Below, piece after piece: positions 26,874-32,000 of a DNA stretch of 32,000 nt. How positions within the stretch are numbered: position 1 is the first letter of the stretch; every line of letters begins with the position of its first letter. The stretch is from Geotalea daltonii FRC-32 (lineage in GTDB: Bacteria; Desulfobacterota; Desulfuromonadia; Geobacterales; Geobacteraceae): contig NC_011979.1 in the NCBI RefSeq assembly GCF_000022265.1, positions 3,690,001 through 3,722,000 of the forward strand, in the 5' to 3' direction. Under the pieces are notes generated by a model. The model was not told the origin of the DNA. It did no database searches and was given only the letters and a program-made list of their open reading frames with translations. A program made the position numbers and the translations under genes.

Positions 26874-27071
26874 TTACATGTAAGGGATCAGCTTGGCGAT
26901 ATTCTTGTGATCGACAGCCTCGACGATAGCGCCTTTGCGCAGGTTACGCTTGTTTTTCCTGGTTTTGGAGGTAAGAATATGGCTGGTGAATGCATGACTT
27001 CTCTTGATCTTACCTGTTCCGGTCTTGCTGAAGCGTTTGGCAGCGCCTCTGTGGGTCTTGATTTTAGGCAT
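26874..27071 (-). CDS. rpmI: 50S ribosomal protein L35
   Basis: '[24 protein letters not shown]' is the canonical L35 sequence. Confidence 0.95.
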   Translation of the reverse strand: MPKIKTHRGAAKRFSKTGTGKIKRSHAFTSHILTSKTRKNKRNLRKGAIVEAVDHKNIAKLIPYM

Positions 27072-27092
27072 GGTCCTTCTCCTTATTTTCCT

Positions 27093-27614
27093 TTATTTCG
27101 TTTTCGTCTTAGGGGCGACAATGATGAACATGCTGCGCCCTTCCATTTTCTGTTTTACCTCTACGATTCCTATATCCTGCAATTCGGAAGCAAAGTTGTC
27201 CAGGGCACTCATGCCCAGTTCCTGGTGGGTAATCTCCCTTCCTCGGAACACGACGGTAATCTTGGCTTTATTGCCCTCTTCGAGAAATCTCCGAACATGT
27301 TTTATCTTGAACTGCAGGTCATGTTCATCGGTCTTTGGTCTTAATTTGACCTCTTTCAATTGAACCTGAACCTGCTTTTTCTTGGCTTCCTGCAGTTTTT
27401 TGCTCTGCTGATACTTGAATTTGCCGTAATCCATGATCCGGCAAACAGGTGGCACGGCAGTAGGTGAGACTTCAACCAGATCCAGCTGCTGGCTCTCGGC
27501 CAGAGCCAATGCTTCACGGAGTGGCAGGATACCAAGCTGCTCGCTCTCAGCCCCCACAACGCGAACTTCTTTTGCCCTTATTGCCTGATTGATGTTGACT
27601 GTCGGTTTAGCTAT
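27093..27614 (-). CDS. infC: Translation initiation factor IF-3, non-AUG (ATA) start
   Basis: The conserved IF-3 N-terminal region 'AKPTVNINQAIRAKEVRVVGAESEQLGI' lies upstream of the ORF-track start. The frame opens after TGA at 27627-27629. There is no ATG, GTG or TTG before 27557. ATA at 27612-27614 lies 5 nt after GGAGGTG. Confidence 0.85.
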   Translation of the reverse strand: MAKPTVNINQAIRAKEVRVVGAESEQLGILPLREALALAESQQLDLVEVSPTAVPPVCRIMDYGKFKYQQSKKLQEAKKKQVQVQLKEVKLRPKTDEHDLQFKIKHVRRFLEEGNKAKITVVFRGREITHQELGMSALDNFASELQDIGIVEVKQKMEGRSMFIIVAPKTKTK

Positions 27615-27626
27615 GACGCCACCTCC

Positions 27627-29537
27627 TCAATGAAAGCCTTTGACTTCCTTTTCTATAAATTCAATGAAATCACTACACTTCATGCTGTCAAGATTCTTGC
27701 CGTCCCGGAATCTTGGAGTAACCATGCCCGCTTCGACTTCTTTATCACCAATAACCAACATATAGGGTATTTTCTGCAGTTGAGCTTCACGAATCTTGAA
27801 GCCAAGTTTCTCGTTGCGAAAATCCTGCTGAACCCTGAGGCCAGCTGCACGTAACTCTGCATACACCTGCTGGGCAAAGGACAGTTGATTGTCGGTAACT
27901 GTAAGCACAACCACCTGGACGGGGGAAAGCCAGACAGGAAAACTGCCGGCAAAGTGCTCGATCAACACGCCGATAAAGCGCTCGATGGAGCCGAGAATTA
28001 CCCGATGCACCATGACAGGGCGCTTCTTTTCACCATCTGCGTCGATGTAAGTCAGATCAAAGCGCTCTGGGAGCGTAAAATCGCACTGGATTGTAGCACA
28101 CTGCCACCTTCTGTCAAGGGAGTCGCGCAACTTGATGTCGATTTTAGGGCCATAGAACGCACCGTCGCCCTCGTTGATCTCGAAAGGACGCCCGGAATCC
28201 TTCAGCGCGCCGAGCAGAGCATTGGTGGCACGATCCCAGTCCTCATCAGACCCAATGGATTTCTCCGGACGGGTGGAAAGCTCCATCTCGAACTCGAAAC
28301 CGAAAACTCCCATCACATCCTGCACAAAGGAGATGACCCCCTTGATCTCGCTATCCAGCTGTTCCGGGGTGCAGAGTATATGGGCGTCGTCCTGGGTGAA
28401 GCAACGGACCCGCAGAAGGCCGTGCAGAACGCCGGCTCTTTCATGGCGATGGACTGTTCCCAGCTCGAAAAGCCTCAGGGGAAGGTCACGGTAGCTGCGG
28501 AGGCGGGACTTGTAGATCATCATGTGGGAGAGACAGTTCATCGGCTTGATGCCGAAGGATTGCTCATCCACCTCGGTGAAATACATGTTCTCGCGATAGT
28601 TGTCGTAATGGCCGGAACGCTGCCACAGGTCGGTCTTCAGAATCTGCGGCCCGACAACGATATCGTAGTCCCGCTTCAGGTGTTCCCTGCGCTCGAAGTC
28701 CTCGATGATCGTCCTGAGCATGGCCCCCTTGGGATGCCAAATGACCAGACCGGCCCCGACCTCGTCGGAAAACGAGAAAAGATCCAGCTCCTTGCCCAGC
28801 TTCCGGTGATCGCGCCGTTTCGCCTCTTCTATGCGTGCCAGATAAGCATCAAGCTCTTTTTTGTCGGTAAAAGCTGTTCCGTAAACCCTCTGCAACATCT
28901 TGCGCTTTTCATCGCCTCGCCAATAAGCACCGGCGATTGAAGTAAGTTTGAAGGCTTTGATATGAGAGGTGGAAGGAAGATGCGGTCCCCGACAGAGGTC
29001 GACAAAATCACCCTGCCGGTAAAGGGAAACAGTTGCAGCACCCAAATCCTCAATAAGTTCGACCTTGTAGCTCTCGCCCAGATCACCGAACAACCGAATG
29101 GCATCAGCGCCCGAAAGGACCTGACGTTCAATCTTCAGGTTGGCCTTGGCCAGCTCCTGCATCTTGTTTTCTATTTTTTCCAGGTCTTCGGGAGTAAAGG
29201 GGTGATCCACGTCGAAATCGTAATAAAAGCCGGTCTCGATGGCAGGCCCGATGGTTACTTTTGCCTCTGGAAAAAGAGCCTTAACCGCCTGAGCCATAAG
29301 GTGAGACGTGGAATGCCTGATAATCTCCAACGCCTCGGGACTCTTCTCGGTAATTATTTCAACTTTGGAACCATCCGGCAACACCGTTGCGAGGTCGACC
29401 AGATCACCATCTATCCTGCCGGCAATGGCAGCCTTGGCAAGACCGGTGCCGATAGAAGCAGCGAGATCATAGACCGACGCTCCTCTAGGAAGTGTTCTTT
29501 CAGAACCATCCGGCAGCTTTACTGTAATCTCGCCCAT
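27627..29537 (-). CDS. thrS: Threonine--tRNA ligase
   Basis: The product shows full-length ThrRS similarity (TGS domain 'ITVKLPDGS', class II core, anticodon domain). ATG 29537 (MGEITV) is preferred because AAGGGG lies 6 nt upstream. The alternative ATG 29564 sits inside an upstream hairpin. Confidence 0.9.
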   Translation of the reverse strand: MGEITVKLPDGSERTLPRGASVYDLAASIGTGLAKAAIAGRIDGDLVDLATVLPDGSKVEIITEKSPEALEIIRHSTSHLMAQAVKALFPEAKVTIGPAIETGFYYDFDVDHPFTPEDLEKIENKMQELAKANLKIERQVLSGADAIRLFGDLGESYKVELIEDLGAATVSLYRQGDFVDLCRGPHLPSTSHIKAFKLTSIAGAYWRGDEKRKMLQRVYGTAFTDKKELDAYLARIEEAKRRDHRKLGKELDLFSFSDEVGAGLVIWHPKGAMLRTIIEDFERREHLKRDYDIVVGPQILKTDLWQRSGHYDNYRENMYFTEVDEQSFGIKPMNCLSHMMIYKSRLRSYRDLPLRLFELGTVHRHERAGVLHGLLRVRCFTQDDAHILCTPEQLDSEIKGVISFVQDVMGVFGFEFEMELSTRPEKSIGSDEDWDRATNALLGALKDSGRPFEINEGDGAFYGPKIDIKLRDSLDRRWQCATIQCDFTLPERFDLTYIDADGEKKRPVMVHRVILGSIERFIGVLIEHFAGSFPVWLSPVQVVVLTVTDNQLSFAQQVYAELRAAGLRVQQDFRNEKLGFKIREAQLQKIPYMLVIGDKEVEAGMVTPRFRDGKNLDSMKCSDFIEFIEKEVKGFH

Positions 29538-29549
29538 AACAGACCCCTT

Positions 29550-29580
29550 AACAGAAAGAGGCATCGAATCTCGATGCCTC
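29550..29580 (-). terminator. Perfect 10-bp hairpin plus T-rich tract between tRNA-Val and thrS (terminator/attenuator-like)
   Basis: The minus strand reads GAGGCATCGA-GAT-TCGATGCCTC followed by TTTCTGTT, immediately upstream of the thrS SD. Confidence 0.4.
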
Positions 29581-29610
29581 CGTAGACCTCAGACCGGCAG
29601 GTTGTTTCAA

Positions 29611-29685
29611 TGGTAGGCGCGGGCGGTTTCGAACCGCCGACCCCTAGCGTGTCGAGCTAGTGCTCTACCCCTGAGCTACGCGCCT
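29611..29685 (-). tRNA. tRNA-Val (anticodon GAC) with C at position 33
   Basis: Hand-folded: acceptor AGGCGCG/CGCGCCT, D-arm GCTC-AGGGGTA-GAGC, anticodon arm CTAGC-TCGACAC-GCTAG, T-arm GGCGG-TTCGAAA-CCGCC, encoded CCA. The body is Val-like. Confidence 0.8.
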
Positions 29686-29703
29686 GCTTGAAAACAGACC
29701 GTA

Positions 29704-29732
29704 TTTTTAACAGGACATTCAGATGATGTCAA
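29704..29732 (-). promoter_or_regulatory. Putative sigma70 promoter for the tRNA-Val-thrS-infC cluster
   Basis: The minus strand reads TTGACA, 17 nt, TAAAAA(T), ending ~18 nt upstream of the mature tRNA-Val 5' end. Confidence 0.5.
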
Positions 29733-29737
29733 GGAAT

Positions 29738-30574
29738 TTATTTGATATCTTTCTTTACCCGCCCTTGAGATTGCGGCCTCTCCAGACGCAGCAAAGGTGG
29801 ATCCCAAATCAAAATGAACCCTTCGGCCATTTGAGGCAATGAGTGGATATAGTGGGGAACAATATCCGAAAGACTACGAGGATCATGCCCTCGCTCCTTT
29901 CGATACAAGTCCAAAGCTGACTGAACCTTCAGCGCATTATTGAAATTTTCAATTCCGCGGCGATAGCGCTTTTTCAGATATTCATCCTTTTCTATAGCTA
30001 GCATTACCTGAAGCATATTTCGCCCTGCGACCAAATTACCACCACGTCCCATAAGCATTCCGGCCATATGACCAAACCAGGGGAGGGCGTCGGGACGTTT
30101 CGACAAAGCATAGAACTCCTCAGCAGCCTTGGCATAGTCTGACATGTAATAGTAATAGTTAACAGCCTTGAAGAAACCTAGATACATGACATCCGGCTTA
30201 GTGGCAATACCGCGATCAAGTATTTTATTGGCACGCTCAGCATAATCGGCGGAAATCGGAGCAAGAAAAGACTCGCAGTAATGATAAGGATCAATAAAAT
30301 CAGGATATAACTCTGTCATCACATCGAAATTCTGAGCCATGCTGTCGGCATAGCTCATTTTATCAACGCCTTTAAGAGGCCCCCCGGTAAAAACGGCAAT
30401 TTTAACAAAAAGACCGAATGCTGCCAGTTGCTGGGCATAACCGGTGGCAACCTTCAGTACTGGAGCTGGTGGAGCAGGCGAAAGATAACTGTCGATCCAT
30501 TCGCCTTTGCCCTTTTGCAGGCTCCACACCACCAGATAAAGCATCAGCAAAATGGTTGCAACAACGCGTTTCAT
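29738..30574 (-). CDS. Membrane-anchored helical-repeat (TPR-like) protein coupled to the ABC-2 transporter
   Basis: 278-aa ORF with N-terminal TM 'VVATILLMLYLVVW'. It is predicted to be helix-rich. The start overlaps the permease stop (ATGA). Confidence 0.45.
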   Translation of the reverse strand: MKRVVATILLMLYLVVWSLQKGKGEWIDSYLSPAPPAPVLKVATGYAQQLAAFGLFVKIAVFTGGPLKGVDKMSYADSMAQNFDVMTELYPDFIDPYHYCESFLAPISADYAERANKILDRGIATKPDVMYLGFFKAVNYYYYMSDYAKAAEEFYALSKRPDALPWFGHMAGMLMGRGGNLVAGRNMLQVMLAIEKDEYLKKRYRRGIENFNNALKVQSALDLYRKERGHDPRSLSDIVPHYIHSLPQMAEGFILIWDPPLLRLERPQSQGRVKKDIK

Positions 30575-31380
30575 TTCAGATCCCGCCGATTATAGATACC
30601 AGCAGCAAACGTCAGCACTAGAGCACAATACAAAATAACGTAGGCAAGATTTAGTGACAAGGTTGAAGCGGGGGGCCATTTACCTGCGGCGACTATAAGC
30701 CCTTTGTAGTCGAATCGGGAAAAATTTGGGAAGATCATGGTTAATCCGATCAAAAGCTTGCGGATCAACTGCGAGTCACCCTTAAAAAATTCAATGGCTA
30801 CTGGAAGACCGTTACAGATGAGATAATAAGAAAGCGTGACCAGCAAAACAGTAAAACTGCCGCGTATCAACCCCGAAATAAGAACGATCGCACTAAGGGC
30901 CATTGCTTCGATACTGAGAACACCGCACCAGGACAGCACGTATTCAGCCCCGCCAAGGCGAGCGAAATATGCTTTACCAACCCAGGATTTTATCAGTACC
31001 AGCACGCCATAACCAGTCAGGCTGAGAAGAACGTTTAGCAGCAACAGGAGAAATAGAAGACCAATAAAAACACCGATAACGTATTCCGTACGGGAAATTG
31101 GATGGGCGAGCAAGGTATGAATGACTCGTCTGTCCTCTCCCCACCCCATCACCTGCACCGCGTGAAAGAAAAGGAAAAGCATTCCGGCACACCATCCAGT
31201 GATCACAACAAAGTCCGTTGTAACTCGGCCGATATCCCGTGGTACAAAGGCAAAGAAAAAAAGGCCGCTCACCTCTATGCCCAAGGCAAGCAGGACTAAG
31301 CCCAAGAGTGCGTTGCGTCGCAGTCCATCAACCAATATGAGTCGAGAAAGTGCAAAAATCCTTTTGAATATCGTTCTCAT
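30571..31380 (-). CDS. ABC-2 type transporter permease
   Basis: 269-aa protein with ~6 hydrophobic segments. It overlaps both neighbouring genes by 4 nt. Confidence 0.65.
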   Translation of the reverse strand: MRTIFKRIFALSRLILVDGLRRNALLGLVLLALGIEVSGLFFFAFVPRDIGRVTTDFVVITGWCAGMLFLFFHAVQVMGWGEDRRVIHTLLAHPISRTEYVIGVFIGLLFLLLLLNVLLSLTGYGVLVLIKSWVGKAYFARLGGAEYVLSWCGVLSIEAMALSAIVLISGLIRGSFTVLLVTLSYYLICNGLPVAIEFFKGDSQLIRKLLIGLTMIFPNFSRFDYKGLIVAAGKWPPASTLSLNLAYVILYCALVLTFAAGIYNRRDLK

Positions 31381-32000
31381 GATTGTGTCACCTCTATGGC
31401 GTGAAGAAAACCGTCTACTATAGAGGTTGTCCCAAAGGCCATTGACAGTTCCGAAGGCGTGCCTTCAAAACGTTTCTCACCTTTGTGAAGTATTAGCAGT
31501 CGATCTGCCAGTCGATCCACGTCCTCAAGTATATGGGTACAAAAGAGTATCGTCTTGCCTTGACCTTTGAGGTCCTGGATTAATCTGCCGATGCTCGCCC
31601 GACCTATCGGGTCAAGGCCGCTCATGGGTTCATCAAGGATAAGCAGGGAGGGATCATGAACCAACGCCAGCACAAAGCTGGCACGCTGCTGCATTCCCTT
31701 AGAATAGGTACGGATGGGACGTTTGCGCGCATCCCATAGTTCCAGCGCCCTGAGCCATCTTTCGGATTGCTCTGCGAGAACGGTTTTCGGCAGGTCATGA
31801 GCAGCACCGACAAAACGAAGCATATCGAGGATTGTCAAACTGGCAGGGAAGCTAGCGATCTCAGGAAGATAACCAATATCGTGACGCAGCGAACTCTTAT
31901 CAGGCGAGCGGCCATTCAGTGTGATTACGCCCTGGGATGGGCGTATAAAATCCATGATCAAGCGGATGCAGGTACTCTTGCCTGCGCCGTTGGCACCGAT
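31377..32000 (-). CDS. ABC transporter ATP-binding protein (5' end runs off the window)
   Basis: Walker A 'GANGAGKST' is encoded at 31966-31992, upstream of the ORF-track Met. Signature-like 'YSKGMQQR', Walker B 'LLILDEP' and H-loop 'CTHIL' are present. Confidence 0.85.
   Translation of the reverse strand: MGANGAGKSTCIRLIMDFIRPSQGVITLNGRSPDKSSLRHDIGYLPEIASFPASLTILDMLRFVGAAHDLPKTVLAEQSERWLRALELWDARKRPIRTYSKGMQQRASFVLALVHDPSLLILDEPMSGLDPIGRASIGRLIQDLKGQGKTILFCTHILEDVDRLADRLLILHKGEKRFEGTPSELSMAFGTTSIVDGFLHAIEVTQS

Noticed and set aside
19376-32000. A possible NosD/NosF/NosY-like system: the beta-helix protein at 19376-21856 plus the ABC ATPase and ABC-2 permease at 30571-32000.
   Set aside because: The two parts are separated by about 8 kb of unrelated housekeeping genes, with terminators and promoters between them. 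No nosZ or nosL is present. The linkage is probably coincidental.
1-32000. A scan for CRISPR arrays, transposases, integrases, toxin-antitoxin pairs or defence-system signatures.
   Set aside because: I found no regularly spaced short repeats, no DDE/tyrosine-recombinase-like ORFs and no small paired ORFs. The only tandem repeats are the coding repeats inside the cytochrome gene.

Overview
The window looks like chromosomal DNA from a Geobacter-like deltaproteobacterium (Desulfuromonadota). That assignment is inferred from gene content and synteny only. A conserved housekeeping block occupies about 22.0-29.7 kb on the minus strand: tRNA-Val, thrS, infC, rpmI, rplT, pheS, pheT, ihfA, a merR-family gene and tRNA-Pro. 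Accessory regions rich in redox and maturation genes flank it.

Left region (0.1-11.8 kb): a 1527-aa membrane-anchored protein combines three cadherin-like beta-sandwich repeats, an FN3-like segment and about 20 heme-binding motifs (16 CXXCH plus 4 non-canonical CX3-5CH). Just downstream is a putative operon encoding a beta-propeller lipoprotein, a ResB/CcsB plus CcsA System II cytochrome c synthetase pair, a small secreted protein and a B12-binding radical SAM enzyme.

Middle region (12.3-21.9 kb): a PhnD-like binding protein, TPR protein and YedE transporter operon converges on a tightly packed seven-gene minus-strand operon. That operon encodes a triple beta-helix protein, a tandem prealbumin-like-domain protein, an OpuAC-like binding protein, an orphan ResB-like protein, a PqqD-like protein, a radical SAM/SPASM enzyme, and a SPASM-domain paralogue with no radical SAM cysteine triad.

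The last three genes match what I recall as the named but uncharacterised 'GeoRSP' cassette. Its fusion to a ResB-like heme-handling protein, with no visible precursor peptide, is my top candidate for an undescribed maturation system.

The right edge carries an ABC-2 transporter operon that runs off the window. I saw no CRISPR arrays, transposases or integrases. Annotation points visible in the sequence include an ATA start for infC, a merR gene whose HTH lies upstream of any canonical start codon, and a tRNA-Val with C at position 33.
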